Below, piece after piece: positions 30,324 to 41,012 of a stretch of DNA of 64,000 bases. The stretch covers positions 2,647 to 66,646 of the forward strand of contig CAKZPS010000055.1 of the NCBI GenBank assembly GCA_937139415.1, given 5' to 3'. Under the pieces are notes generated by a model, which did no database searches, was not told the DNA's origin, and saw only the letters and a list, made by a program, of their open reading frames with translations. Made by a program: the position numbers and the translations under genes. This stretch comes from an uncultured bacterium. GTDB taxonomy: Bacteria > Atribacterota > Atribacteria > Atribacterales > Caldatribacteriaceae. Within the stretch, counting starts at the first letter, position 1. Every line of letters begins with the position of its first letter.

Positions 30324-31317
30324 AGACCTTGCTCGCCTCATTGAGGTTATGAAAGCACGCCAAAGGTTTGTCGTTACCTCCCATCATAATATAGATGGTG
30401 ATGGAATTGGTACCTTGTTGTCTTTTTATTTCTTGTTAACCTCTCTGGGGAAAGAAGCAGTAATGATGAACGACGGTAACATACCTTATTTCTACCAATT
30501 TTTACCGGAAGTGGAAAAAATCATCTCTTATCAGAATTTCCTCGCCCTCTATCCAGATTACCATACCACTTTCGATGCACTCGTGGTGGTGGACTGCTCA
30601 AACCTCGCCCGACTGGGAAAGGCGGAAGAAATAGCTCAAGGTTTTTCTCTGGTGATTAATGTGGACCATCACCCCGATAACTCTCGTTTTGGAACCATAA
30701 ATTGGATCGCTTCGGAAGCTTCGTCAACGTTTCTTGTGTATACCCTTTTTAAGGAGCTGAAGATCCCCCTCAATCAAAAAGTTGCTACCACCATTATGAA
30801 TGGACTCATTTCCGATACCGGTGGTTTTACCTTTGTTGCCCTTGACCGCAGGATGCTTCTCATAGTAGAGGATTTGATTCGAGCAGGTGCTCGAACCTCG
30901 GAAATTATGCACCACAATTTCCGCTGTCGGAGAATAGAAGCCCTGAAGCTCTTGGGAAAAGCTCTGGAACGCCTCACTTACGATAGCGAGTTGGGCGTAT
31001 CTTTCACCTATATCACGCAAGAAGACTTTCAAGCCTACGATGCACGTGAGGAAGATACCGAGGGGATTGTCGACTACGGTCTCTACATTCCCGGAGCAGA
31101 AATTGCTGTTCTCTTTAAGGAAATTGGACGAGAAGAATTTAAAGTGAGCCTGCGTGCCCAAAGAGAACGCGAAGTTATCTCCATTGCGCACCATTTTGGA
31201 GGAGGAGGGCACTTCAAAGCAGCAGGTTTCAAAATCAGGGGAGATCTGCAAGCGGTGATCCAAAAGGTCATGCAGTATATTCAATATGCTTCCCAGCAGA
31301 AAATCGTAGCTCATTAG
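30316..31317 (+). CDS. nrnA: DHH/DHHA1 phosphoesterase NrnA (oligoribonuclease/pAp phosphatase)
   Basis: DHH motifs (HHNIDGDGIG, VVVDCSN, NVDHHPDN) and DHHA1 GGGGH. GTG 30316 overlaps the rbfA stop. The ORF-track TTG 30280 is a possible alternative. Confidence 0.85.
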   Translation: MDKDLARLIEVMKARQRFVVTSHHNIDGDGIGTLLSFYFLLTSLGKEAVMMNDGNIPYFYQFLPEVEKIISYQNFLALYPDYHTTFDALVVVDCSNLARLGKAEEIAQGFSLVINVDHHPDNSRFGTINWIASEASSTFLVYTLFKELKIPLNQKVATTIMNGLISDTGGFTFVALDRRMLLIVEDLIRAGARTSEIMHHNFRCRRIEALKLLGKALERLTYDSELGVSFTYITQEDFQAYDAREEDTEGIVDYGLYIPGAEIAVLFKEIGREEFKVSLRAQREREVISIAHHFGGGGHFKAAGFKIRGDLQAVIQKVMQYIQYASQQKIVAH

Positions 31318-31330
31318 TGGAAAGGAACCC

Positions 31331-32203
31331 ATGGTAGGAGGAGTATTGAACATTTATAAGCCGGTTGGGGTTACCTCGACTCGGGTTGTAGAACGAATAC
31401 GTTCCATTCTCAAAACGAAAGCCGGACATACAGGAACCTTAGACCCTTTCGCCCGAGGGGTAATACTGGTATGCTGGGGGAAAGCAACTCGTTTCGCTTC
31501 TTTCTTCCAAGGCTTGGACAAAGTGTACCGAGCTTGGATTCGCTTCGGCATGACCACCAATACCTATGACGTGTATGGAAAGATAGAGAAGTGGCATAGC
31601 GGTAGCCTTGAAAAAGAACAACTTCTCCCTGTGCTTGCGAAATACCACGGAAAACTGACCCAAAGGATTCCCTGTTTCTCTGCTTCTAAATATAAGGGGA
31701 AGCCTCTCTATCAATACGCTCGCCAAGATATATCCGTTCCGGTGATGAGCAAAGAGATAGAGATATATTCCATAGAAGTTCTGCAATGGGAGGAGGGCGA
31801 ATTTGGAAGCATCGAGTTACGTATTCATTGTACGAGTGGAACGTATATCCGGAGTTTAGCGTTTGAACTGGGGGAAGAAACAGGTTTAGGAGCCTATCTC
31901 TTTTCCTTATGTCGCGAAAGAGTTGGAAACTTCTCCCTCAGTGAGAGTATAGATGTTTTTCGACCCGGAATAGAACCAGAGCGGCTTCTCCGGAAGTCTC
32001 TATCGGTTGACCAGGCTCTCTATTGGATTCCTTCTCTCTCTCTTAACGAGGAGGAAACGAGACGATTTCGGCAGGGGAATGCGGTATCCTATTCCCATTT
32101 TCTCACTGAAAGCTGGATGAAAGTGTATCATCAAAACGTTTTTTTAGGTTTGGGGAAAATGACTTACTCTGGAGTTTTACAACCCAAAATCGTTATAGGA
32201 TGA
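31331..32203 (+). CDS. truB: tRNA pseudouridine-55 synthase TruB
   Basis: KPVGVTS and HTGTLDP (catalytic Asp) motifs, with a C-terminal PUA-like region. Confidence 0.93.
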   Translation: MVGGVLNIYKPVGVTSTRVVERIRSILKTKAGHTGTLDPFARGVILVCWGKATRFASFFQGLDKVYRAWIRFGMTTNTYDVYGKIEKWHSGSLEKEQLLPVLAKYHGKLTQRIPCFSASKYKGKPLYQYARQDISVPVMSKEIEIYSIEVLQWEEGEFGSIELRIHCTSGTYIRSLAFELGEETGLGAYLFSLCRERVGNFSLSESIDVFRPGIEPERLLRKSLSVDQALYWIPSLSLNEEETRRFRQGNAVSYSHFLTESWMKVYHQNVFLGLGKMTYSGVLQPKIVIG

Positions 32204-33183
32204 AACCCATGCTCTTCACTCGGGGATGGAAGAACAACCAAAAAAAGATACTTGTTCTCGGCTTCTTTGACGGTCTTCACCGGGGACATCAAAAAGTTCT
32301 CAAAGAGGCTTATGATGCTGTCTTGAAAAGACACTTAACCTGCGAGGTTATAACTCTCTATCCCCATCCAGAAAATTTTTTTGCTGGGAAACGAAACTAT
32401 CCTATCAAATATCTGACTACTTATGGCGAAAAGTATTCTCTTCTCAAACGTTTTTTTCCTGGTATGTCTCTCCGTTTCATTCGTTTTGCCCGTTCGTTGC
32501 AACTCACTCCACCACCAAAGTTTTTGGAACACATCTTTGAAGAACTCCATCCCCACATGATATTCATCGGAGAGAACTTTCGTTTCGGCCGTGAAGCCAA
32601 AGGAGATGCCCAATTCTTGCGACAATATTTCCAAAAAGAGGGAGTCGAAGTTGTCATCGTACCTCCTTTGAAGGAGGGTGATTTGTGTATCTCGAGTTCC
32701 ACCATTCGCGAACTCATCACTCGGGGTGATCTCTTGTCGGCTAATCGTCTCTTGGGATATCCATTTACCTTCATAGGGAGGGTGCGCAAAGGAAAGCAAT
32801 TGGCGAGTCGATTGGGTTTTCCCACTGCTAACCTCTACCCCTCTCGGAGTAAAATCTTGCCTCCTTACGGGGTCTATATCACTCAAGTCTGGTGGTCGGA
32901 AAATATGTGTGGATTTCCCGCCCTCACCTATATCGGTTGTAAACCCACCTTCGGAAGACATCGTCAAGTTGTGGAGACGTTCATTCCGTCTTTAAATTCT
33001 GTCAATCTCTACGAGAAAAGATTAATCGTTCAATTAGTCGCCTTTATGAGGGGAGAGCGAGTGTTTTCTTCTCCTCAGGAACTGAAGAAACAAATTGATC
33101 TTGATATCGAAGCTTTTCAACAATATTTACAGGGCAAGAACAGTGTGATAAACTACCCGTTGAACGCTATAGTGGAGGTGTAG
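32200..33183 (+). CDS. ribF: Bifunctional riboflavin kinase / FAD synthetase
   Basis: N-terminal FMN adenylyltransferase (GFFDGLHRGHQ) and C-terminal riboflavin kinase (GFPTANL...PPYGVY). Confidence 0.92.
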   Translation: MKPMLFTRGWKNNQKKILVLGFFDGLHRGHQKVLKEAYDAVLKRHLTCEVITLYPHPENFFAGKRNYPIKYLTTYGEKYSLLKRFFPGMSLRFIRFARSLQLTPPPKFLEHIFEELHPHMIFIGENFRFGREAKGDAQFLRQYFQKEGVEVVIVPPLKEGDLCISSSTIRELITRGDLLSANRLLGYPFTFIGRVRKGKQLASRLGFPTANLYPSRSKILPPYGVYITQVWWSENMCGFPALTYIGCKPTFGRHRQVVETFIPSLNSVNLYEKRLIVQLVAFMRGERVFSSPQELKKQIDLDIEAFQQYLQGKNSVINYPLNAIVEV

Positions 33184-33189
33184 AAAGAA

Positions 33190-33459
33190 TTGACACTCAC
33201 GAAGGAGAAGAAAAGAGAAATCATAGAACAGTTCAAAATTCATAGCGAAGATACTGGTTCACCGGAAGTACAAATCGCTCTCCTCACTGCTCGAGTAAAG
33301 GAGCTCACTGAACACCTGAAGAAGCACCCTAAGGATTTTCATTCCCGTAGAGGGCTTTTTATGATGGTAGGTCAAAGGAGGAGACTTCTCAACTATCTTC
33401 GCAAACACCATTTGGATCGTTACTACGCTATTTTAGAAAAATTGGGCTTGAGGAAGTAA
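33190..33459 (+). CDS. rpsO: 30S ribosomal protein S15
   Basis: 89 aa with a TTG start. [13 protein letters not shown] is a canonical S15 motif. Confidence 0.95.
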   Translation: MTLTKEKKREIIEQFKIHSEDTGSPEVQIALLTARVKELTEHLKKHPKDFHSRRGLFMMVGQRRRLLNYLRKHHLDRYYAILEKLGLRK

Positions 33460-33466
33460 AAGGAGG

Positions 33467-35593
33467 TTGTCAACCATAGAACGAAATTGGGAGATCTATT
33501 TCGGTGAAGAGCCCCTCATCATCGAGACCGGAAAATTAGCAAAGCAAGCAGGAGGGGCTGTTACCGTTCGTTATGGCGATACGGTTGTCTTAGTTACCGC
33601 TACAACCAGCACAGAAACGCGAGAAGAGATTGATTTTACGCCTCTCTCGGTAGAATTTGAAGAGCGTTTTTACGCGGCGGGAAAAATTCCCGGTGGCTTT
33701 ATTAAAAGAGAAGGTAAACCCAGAGTAGCAGCGATATTGAGCGCACGGTTGATTGACCGTTCCATAAGACCGATTTTCCCGGAATTTTTCCGTAATGAAG
33801 TTCAGATAGTGGTAACGGTCCTTTCAGTTGATGAAACCCATCCCCCCGATGTCATCTCCATCATCGGAGCCTCTCTTGCTTTAGGAATCTCGGAGATTCC
33901 CTTCGATGGACCAGTAGGTGCTTGTCGAATGGGTTTAGCAGGAGAAAGGTTCCTTGTCAATCCCACCTTAGATGTACTAGCTACCAGCCGAATGGATATG
34001 GTACTTGCTGGAACCGACGAGGGAATCACCATGATTGAAGCTGGTGCCAAGGGAGTTCGTGAAAAAGAAATAGAAGAAGCAATGAGATTAGGATACCAAG
34101 AAATCCAAAAAATCATTGCTGAGCAACGAGAGATCATCCAACAAGTAGGAAAGCCTAAAATCGAGGTACTCTTTCCTGAATCTTGGGAAAATGTTTGGGA
34201 ATGGCTTTTAGAAGATTATCAGACAGAAATCAAAAAGCGGATTGCTATCCCGGATAAAGCGACTCGTGAGGCAGAGATGAAGCTTCTCCTCACCAAAGCT
34301 AAAGAGGAAGGCGAAGCAAAATTCGGGGCTCTTCCTTGGCTGAGCATAGCGTGGGAAAAGTTATTAAAAGAGGAAATACGTACTCTTATCCTTACCACAG
34401 GACAGAGACAAGACGGGAGAACTCCTCAAGAAATCCGACCCATCACCTGTGAAGTGGGATTCTTACCTCGCACTCACGGTTCCAGTCTCTTTGGCCGCGG
34501 ACAAACCCAGGCTCTTGTAATTACCACCTTAGGAGCCAAAAGTGAGGAACAGAGAGTCGACGGTTTACAGGAAGAAGAGGCAAAACGGTTCATGTTGCAT
34601 TACAATTTCCCCCCCTACAGTACCGGTGAGGTGCGTCCTCTCCGAGGTCCAGGGCGAAGAGAAATTGGGCACGGCGCATTGGCAGAAAGAGCTTTGGAGT
34701 GCTTCATTCCTTCGGAAGAGGATTTTCCATACACCATTCGCGTGGTCTCGGAAATCTTGGAATCGAACGGCTCGTCTTCCATGGCTACCGTGTGTGGTGG
34801 GAGCTTGTCTCTCATGGATGCAGGGGTACCCGTGAAGGCAGCTTGTGCCGGCTTATCCATTGGATTGGTGCGTTCTCAAGAAAAGTTAGTATTTTTACGA
34901 GATATTCTTGGCTCTGAGGATCACTACGGAGAGATGGATTTCAAGGTCGCCGGTAGTCGTGATGGCATCACGGCAATACAATTGGACGTTAAGAATAAAG
35001 GCCTGCATTACGAAGTGTTAGGACGTGCCTTGCAAGAAGCGAAAGAAGGAAGATGGTACATTTTAGATATCATGGACTCAGTTTTAGATCGTCCTCGGGA
35101 AACACTTTCCGTGTATGCACCAAAAATCGGTATCGTAGAAGTTAACCCCGACCGCATTGGTGCTCTTATCGGTCCTGGAGGTAAAATCATTAAACGGATT
35201 GTAGAAGAAGCGGGAGTAACGATCGACATCAAAGACGATGGAAAAGTGATGATTTTCTCACGCACCGAAGAAGGCAAAAATAAGGCAATTGAAATGGTTC
35301 GGAATGTGACCCAAGACGTAGAAGTAGGCAAAATCTATTTAGGTAAGGTAACTCGTATAGCCGATTTCGGCGCCTTCGTGGAGATATTTCCAGGTCGGGA
35401 GGGATTATGCCATATTTCTCAGCTCTCAGCTGAGAGGGTCCGTCGAGTAGAAGACGTAGCCAAAGTCGGAGAAGATTTGCTGGTTAAAGTTACCGGCATA
35501 GATTCACTGGGGAGAATCACCCTTAGTCACAAAGAGGCAGTTTCAACTATTTCTCCCACCAAGGAAACGAAGACGTACCCTCGCAGAAAGTAA
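33467..35593 (+). CDS. pnp: Polyribonucleotide nucleotidyltransferase (PNPase)
   Basis: 708 aa with two RNase PH domains, KH and S1. TTG 33467 directly abuts AGGAGG (33461-33466), so the exact start codon is uncertain. Confidence 0.93.
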   Translation: MSTIERNWEIYFGEEPLIIETGKLAKQAGGAVTVRYGDTVVLVTATTSTETREEIDFTPLSVEFEERFYAAGKIPGGFIKREGKPRVAAILSARLIDRSIRPIFPEFFRNEVQIVVTVLSVDETHPPDVISIIGASLALGISEIPFDGPVGACRMGLAGERFLVNPTLDVLATSRMDMVLAGTDEGITMIEAGAKGVREKEIEEAMRLGYQEIQKIIAEQREIIQQVGKPKIEVLFPESWENVWEWLLEDYQTEIKKRIAIPDKATREAEMKLLLTKAKEEGEAKFGALPWLSIAWEKLLKEEIRTLILTTGQRQDGRTPQEIRPITCEVGFLPRTHGSSLFGRGQTQALVITTLGAKSEEQRVDGLQEEEAKRFMLHYNFPPYSTGEVRPLRGPGRREIGHGALAERALECFIPSEEDFPYTIRVVSEILESNGSSSMATVCGGSLSLMDAGVPVKAACAGLSIGLVRSQEKLVFLRDILGSEDHYGEMDFKVAGSRDGITAIQLDVKNKGLHYEVLGRALQEAKEGRWYILDIMDSVLDRPRETLSVYAPKIGIVEVNPDRIGALIGPGGKIIKRIVEEAGVTIDIKDDGKVMIFSRTEEGKNKAIEMVRNVTQDVEVGKIYLGKVTRIADFGAFVEIFPGREGLCHISQLSAERVRRVEDVAKVGEDLLVKVTGIDSLGRITLSHKEAVSTISPTKETKTYPRRK

Positions 35594-35603
35594 TTGTCTT
35601 ACC

Positions 35604-37679
35604 ATGCTGAAAAACGGGAACAGAATTTTGCTCGTTTCTTTCTTAGGTGTTTTTGCCTTCTATAGTTTTTTATCTTTTTTCCCCTTGGATGTCGGCATTG
35701 TGGGAGAAAAGCTCAAATCAGTCCTTTTTACTGTTTTAGGTGTTGGTGCTTACGTTTTCCCTTTCCTACTCGTTTATCTCATTTATGAAATGGTTATTTT
35801 TACTCCGGCGAGAAGGTATAAGCTCGCGAGCCGCGTTATTGGACTTTCTCTCTGGTTCATCATTTTCTTAACGCTGATCACGAGAGAAGTTGTCCGAAAC
35901 ACTCCTCATTCTTACTCTTTTTCTTTTCCTTTGGGCGGCCTCATCGGTCGATTCTTTTATCGTTGGTTCGATTATTACCTGGGAAAGAGCGGCCTCGTTT
36001 TACTGTTGCTCCTCTTTGCTTTTTTGGGAACCTATCTTTGGGGAGAAGGAAGGTTAGTGAGAAAAATTATATATTCGATAAAAACTCTCAAGGAGAAAGC
36101 CGCTGTTCCTCACGAATCTAAAGCCTCTTCTCTCTATCCCCTGAAGCAAGACAAGACCGCCGCTCAACCGGTTTCCACAGAAACGTTTGAAGAGGAGGTT
36201 TTTACCGTTCAAGAGGTGGCTCCTTCTCAAGCGGAGAAGAAAGGGACTCGTAAGAGCAAAAAATTAACCAAAATCGAAGAAGGGAATTGGGTTCTGCCTT
36301 CTCCACAACTTTTGTCCTATCGATCTTCACGAAATGAAGAAAAACCAAGGAAAGAAATAGCTGAGGAAATTGCCCGATTGGAGAAAACTCTATCAGAATT
36401 TAACGTTACCGGTAAGGTCATCAACGTTCAAGTTGGTCCTACCGTGACTCGCTATGAGTTTCAGCCTGCTCCGGGAATCAAAGTGAATAAGATCGTAAAT
36501 TTATCAAATGATATCGCCTTAGCTTTTGCCGTCGCTGCAGTACGAATTGAAGCTCCCATTCCTGGTCGGTCGGCAGTAGGTATCGAAATTCCCAACCGTC
36601 GTAAGGAAATCGTTTCTCTGCGAGAACTCATCGAAAATGAAAATTTCATGCAAAACCCATCGCCTTTAAAAATTGCCTTAGGAAAAGACGTGGGCGGTAA
36701 ACCCTTGATTTGGGACTTACGAGAGGCGCCCCATCTTCTCATCGCCGGAGCAACCGGCTCGGGGAAAAGCGTTTGTATTAATGCTATTTTAGCCAGTCTC
36801 CTATTCTGTTCCGACCCCAGCGTTTTACGCATTGCCCTCGTTGATCCAAAGAGAGTGGAACTCTCTATATACGCCGGGCTCCCCCACCTATGTGCTCCGG
36901 TAATTTCTGACGTACGGTTGGTGATTAAACTCTTGAAATGGCTTTGCCGAGAGATGGAGTGTCGGTATGAGCTCCTTTCTGAGCTATCGTGCCGAAACAT
37001 TGAAGAATATAATCATCTGGTAGAGCCGAAAGAACGGCTTCCTTACATCGTGATTGTCATTGACGAATTAGCTGATCTCATGATGACTGCTGCATCGGAT
37101 GTGGAAGCGTATATCTGTCGTTTAGCACAAATGGCGCGGGCGGTGGGAATGCATCTCATCGTGGCGACCCAGAGACCATCAGTAGACGTCATCACCGGAC
37201 TCATCAAAGCAAACTTCCCTTCAAGACTCGCTTTTGCCGTGTACTCGCAGGTTGATTCTCGAACTATTCTTGATGGTCCGGGTGCAGAAAAGCTCCTTGG
37301 AAACGGAGACCTCCTCTTTTCTCCCATGGGAGTGAGTAAACCTATCCGAGGGCAAGGTGCTTTCGTGAGTACCGAAGAAACGAAAAGAATAGTAGAGCAT
37401 TGGTTGCAACAAAAAGAGGTCATCCATTACTCTCTGGAATTCGTTTTCCAAGAAGAAGAGATCGAAATAAGTGAGGAAGACGATGAAGTATATCGTGAGG
37501 CAGTCAAAATTGTGGTCGAGAGCGGAAAGGCCTCAACTTCTCTCTTACAGAGACGGCTCCGCATCGGCTTCAATCGTGCAGCTCGATTAATCGAGCGTAT
37601 GGAACGAGAGGGCATTGTCGGTCCTTATGAGGGGAGCAAACCAAGAAAGGTTATTGTTCGGAGAGGGGAACATCCATGA
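35604..37679 (+). CDS. ftsK: DNA translocase FtsK/SpoIIIE
   Basis: N-terminal TM helices, Walker A GATGSGKS, Walker B VIVIDELADL, and a gamma winged-helix (LLQRRLRIGFNRAARLIERME). Confidence 0.93.
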   Translation: MLKNGNRILLVSFLGVFAFYSFLSFFPLDVGIVGEKLKSVLFTVLGVGAYVFPFLLVYLIYEMVIFTPARRYKLASRVIGLSLWFIIFLTLITREVVRNTPHSYSFSFPLGGLIGRFFYRWFDYYLGKSGLVLLLLLFAFLGTYLWGEGRLVRKIIYSIKTLKEKAAVPHESKASSLYPLKQDKTAAQPVSTETFEEEVFTVQEVAPSQAEKKGTRKSKKLTKIEEGNWVLPSPQLLSYRSSRNEEKPRKEIAEEIARLEKTLSEFNVTGKVINVQVGPTVTRYEFQPAPGIKVNKIVNLSNDIALAFAVAAVRIEAPIPGRSAVGIEIPNRRKEIVSLRELIENENFMQNPSPLKIALGKDVGGKPLIWDLREAPHLLIAGATGSGKSVCINAILASLLFCSDPSVLRIALVDPKRVELSIYAGLPHLCAPVISDVRLVIKLLKWLCREMECRYELLSELSCRNIEEYNHLVEPKERLPYIVIVIDELADLMMTAASDVEAYICRLAQMARAVGMHLIVATQRPSVDVITGLIKANFPSRLAFAVYSQVDSRTILDGPGAEKLLGNGDLLFSPMGVSKPIRGQGAFVSTEETKRIVEHWLQQKEVIHYSLEFVFQEEEIEISEEDDEVYREAVKIVVESGKASTSLLQRRLRIGFNRAARLIERMEREGIVGPYEGSKPRKVIVRRGEHP

Positions 37680-38419
37680 GAGATTTTAATCCTGAAATTG
37701 CCGTGAAGTTAGGTGAAATCTTGCGCAAGGCACGGGAGGAGCAAAACATTGATCTCAACAAGGCTGGCGAAAGTACTTTAATTTCTCCACTGTATCTTGC
37801 TGCCTTAGAACAGGGTGAGTGGGAAAAACTGCCAGGAAGAGCGTACATTTCGGGGTACCTCAAAATATACAGTCGCCTATTGAAGCTGAATCAAGAAGAG
37901 TTACTGACTCTTTTTCGTCAGGCTTACGAGGAAAAAAGAGAGAAAATTCTTCTCCCTACTGAGAAAGCCATCAGACGGCCCAAAAAGCGTATTTTATCTC
38001 TTTTAATCACCCTCTTTACCACGTTGGTTCTCCTTTTCATCGTTATCCTCGTCTTTTACCCGGTTTCCTTTTTCCCTCGATTGACTCCTCATGGGGAAAG
38101 TCCATCACAAATCGTAGCGGAAAATATTTCCCCGGAAGTGACCGAACCAATAGAATCCTCACCATCTCCTGAAATTCCTCTCTTTGCCTATATGGTGATT
38201 CTCCAACCGGAAAAATTAGCCTGGGGAGAAGTTCGTTCGAACGGACAGCTGATCTTCTCCGGGATACTCGTACCCAACAAAAGCTATGTTTTTAAAAGCA
38301 ACACTCCGATTGAGATTTCCGGCCATGATGGAGATAGAGTTCGAATCTTTTTTAACGGAAGCGACCTAGGCTACTTAAATTCGGAGCAGGGTGCCTTCGA
38401 GCGGACCTTTGGACCATGA
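37676..38419 (+). CDS. rodZ: RodZ-like cytoskeleton protein (XRE HTH, TM helix, DUF4115)
   Basis: N-terminal HTH (LGEILRKAREEQNIDLNKAGESTLISPLYLAALE), a single TM helix, and a C-terminal DUF4115-like beta domain. Confidence 0.75.
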   Translation: MRDFNPEIAVKLGEILRKAREEQNIDLNKAGESTLISPLYLAALEQGEWEKLPGRAYISGYLKIYSRLLKLNQEELLTLFRQAYEEKREKILLPTEKAIRRPKKRILSLLITLFTTLVLLFIVILVFYPVSFFPRLTPHGESPSQIVAENISPEVTEPIESSPSPEIPLFAYMVILQPEKLAWGEVRSNGQLIFSGILVPNKSYVFKSNTPIEISGHDGDRVRIFFNGSDLGYLNSEQGAFERTFGP

Positions 38420-39762
38420 AGCGTATCGCTTTGGTAAGCTTAGGTTGTGATAAAAATTTGGTTGATTCGGAGGTAGCTCTGGGAAAACTCGTTACCCATG
38501 GATACAACGTTTTTTCCTCCTTGGATGACGCCCATCTTGTGGTTTTAAATACCTGTGCATTCATCCATGAAGCCTGTGTGGAAACAGAAAACTGGATCGA
38601 AAAGCTCGTTGCCCTCAAGAAAAAAGATCCCCACAAAGTTTTAGTGGTCATGGGTTGTTATGTGCAGCGCTTTCAAAATGCTCTCTCCCGCAAATATCCT
38701 GCTATAGATTACTGGATAGGCGTAAACGACTTTCCTCGCCTTGTCGAAATCCTTGGAAACGGTGGTCATCGTTCTTCATCACAGGTATACGTTCACGCAC
38801 CGCTTTTTCTATATGACCACAAAACCGAACGGATGCTTTCTACCCCTTCTCATTACGCTTACGTAAAAATCGCCGAGGGTTGTAACAATCGCTGTAGTTT
38901 TTGTCTTATTCCTTCTCTTCGCGGTCCTCTCCGCAGTAGACCATGGGAATCAGTGGTTGAGGAAGTTACCCATCTCTTAGACATGGGGATTAAAGAAGTG
39001 ATTCTCGTAGCACAAGACCTTACTGCTTATGGACTCGATCTTTACGGAAAGCGTGCCTTGCCCCTCCTACTTCGTAGAGTAGGTGAGGTTCTTCCTACCC
39101 AAAGCTGGTTGCGACTCCTCTATCTCTCTCCCTATGGATTAGATAGGGACCTCTTAGAGACCATGGCAACCATACCCCAAATCGTCAAATACTTAGACGT
39201 TCCCCTCCAGCACATTAACGCCCAGATTTTGTGTCGTATGAACCGCCGCCTCACCCGGCAAGACATTGAAGAGAGAATTACTTTGGCACGCACTCTCCTG
39301 CCGAGAGCATTTTTCAGAACTACTTTCATGGTAGGATTCCCCGGTGAAGATGAAAATGCTTTTGAGGAACTTTTAGAGTTTGTAGCCCAATCTCGCTTTG
39401 AACGTATGGGGGCTTTTATGTATTCTGACGAACCGGGAACTCCTGCTTTTTCCCTCACTCCCAAAGTGGACGAAGAAGTCAAACGAGTGCGATACGAACA
39501 GCTCATGTCTCTCCAAAAGAGAATCATGAAGGAGGTGCATCGAGATCTTGTGGGAAAAACGATAGAAGTCATCATCGATCATAAACCCCTCGAGGAAAAA
39601 GGGAGAAAATTTGTTTGGGGAAGAACCTTTGGTGATGCCCCCGACGTGGATGGAGTGATTAAAATTTGGCTCGATAAAAATGGTGATTATCTTCCAGGGA
39701 CAATAGGTACCGTGAAAATTATTCGCAGTTCAGCCTACCAGTTAGAGGGGGAGATAGTGTGA
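38416..39762 (+). CDS. rimO: Ribosomal protein S12 methylthiotransferase RimO
   Basis: N-terminus SLGCDKNLVDSE, radical-SAM CNNRCSFC, and a C-terminal TRAM domain. Confidence 0.88.
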   Translation: MKRIALVSLGCDKNLVDSEVALGKLVTHGYNVFSSLDDAHLVVLNTCAFIHEACVETENWIEKLVALKKKDPHKVLVVMGCYVQRFQNALSRKYPAIDYWIGVNDFPRLVEILGNGGHRSSSQVYVHAPLFLYDHKTERMLSTPSHYAYVKIAEGCNNRCSFCLIPSLRGPLRSRPWESVVEEVTHLLDMGIKEVILVAQDLTAYGLDLYGKRALPLLLRRVGEVLPTQSWLRLLYLSPYGLDRDLLETMATIPQIVKYLDVPLQHINAQILCRMNRRLTRQDIEERITLARTLLPRAFFRTTFMVGFPGEDENAFEELLEFVAQSRFERMGAFMYSDEPGTPAFSLTPKVDEEVKRVRYEQLMSLQKRIMKEVHRDLVGKTIEVIIDHKPLEEKGRKFVWGRTFGDAPDVDGVIKIWLDKNGDYLPGTIGTVKIIRSSAYQLEGEIV

Positions 39763-41012
39763 AAGCAGGAATTATGTGTGTGGGGACAGAGTTAGTGACC
39801 GGGTTGACTCAAGATATGAACGCTCTTTTCTTTTCGCAAAAGCTCGTTCATCAAGGGGTTTTCCCCAAAACGGTTCTCTTTGTTCCCGACGACAAATACG
39901 ATATTGCCCGTGTCTTTCGCTTCCTCCTTCAAGATACAGAAATACGTCTCATCATTATCTGTGGAGGATTAGGACCTACCGATGACGATTTCACTAAAGA
40001 AGTTATTGCGGAAATCTTGGGATATCAATTGTACTTCGATGAAGGAACATGGCAAAAAATTCGCCAATTTTACCAGAAAATTCGAGGTATCGAGCCTCCG
40101 GAAAATAACAAAAAACAGGCTTTGGTTCCTCAGGGTGCAGTAGTCCTGACCAATGAGCTAGGAACTGCTCCTGGACTCAAAATAGAAGTAGAAGGAAAGC
40201 AAATCTTCGTTGTTCCTGGAGTTCCCCGAGAAGCAGAGTTTTTCTGGTCTTTCATCCAACAATCCATTCACGAGGAAGAACGTCTCCCCTTCTATCGAAG
40301 CAAAATTCTGAAATTCTGTGGTATTGGAGAGTCTCAACTCGCTATTTTTTTGCAACCTCTCCTACGGAGTTTACCTGCCGATGTTCGTTTTGCCTTTCTC
40401 CCTAAATACGGGGAAATTTGGTTCTACCTCTACGCCTATCAAGTCGATGAAGAAAAACGGAGAAAAATGGATGAACATCTCGACCTTATTGCTCGGTCTC
40501 AGTACGACTTTCTCTTTTCCCCGTATGGTGACACTCTAGAAGAGGCCATTGGAAAGCTTATGCAAGCTCAGAATTTGACTCTGGCAATCGCCGAATCTTG
40601 CACCGGAGGACTTCTGGGAGATAGAATTACCAATATTCCCGGGAGTTCCCGGTACTTCGACCGGGGATATATCGTCTATAGTAACCGAGCCAAAGTTGAA
40701 GAACTCCATGTACCGCAGAATCTTCTCGAAACCAGAGGGGCAGTCAGTGAAGAAGTTGCGCTCTATCTTGCCCAAGGAGCACGTGAAAACGCACAAGCGG
40801 ATATAGGCATGGGCATCACCGGTATCGCCGGTCCTCAAGGAGGAAGCGAAGAAAAACCTGTGGGCTTAGTGTATGTAGCTATTGCCGACGCAACTCAGGC
40901 GGAGGTGAAAAAATATCAGTTTGGTGGTGATCGCCTCATGAACAAGCGATTTACCTCTCAGGCAGCATTGAGTATGCTCTTTACTTTTTTACGGAGGAGA
41001 AAGACAGCATGA
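39759..41012 (+). CDS. cinA: CinA (competence/damage-inducible; NMN deamidase PncC domain)
   Basis: GTG start. MKAGIMCVGTELVTG N-terminus (MoCF-like domain) and a C-terminal CinA/PncC domain (AESCTGG). Confidence 0.9.
   Translation: MKAGIMCVGTELVTGLTQDMNALFFSQKLVHQGVFPKTVLFVPDDKYDIARVFRFLLQDTEIRLIIICGGLGPTDDDFTKEVIAEILGYQLYFDEGTWQKIRQFYQKIRGIEPPENNKKQALVPQGAVVLTNELGTAPGLKIEVEGKQIFVVPGVPREAEFFWSFIQQSIHEEERLPFYRSKILKFCGIGESQLAIFLQPLLRSLPADVRFAFLPKYGEIWFYLYAYQVDEEKRRKMDEHLDLIARSQYDFLFSPYGDTLEEAIGKLMQAQNLTLAIAESCTGGLLGDRITNIPGSSRYFDRGYIVYSNRAKVEELHVPQNLLETRGAVSEEVALYLAQGARENAQADIGMGITGIAGPQGGSEEKPVGLVYVAIADATQAEVKKYQFGGDRLMNKRFTSQAALSMLFTFLRRRKTA

Noticed and set aside
30724-31353. 209-aa ORF antisense to nrnA/truB start.
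   Set aside because: The sense strand encodes clear DHH/DHHA1 motifs. The antisense product has no recognisable features, so this is treated as a shadow ORF.
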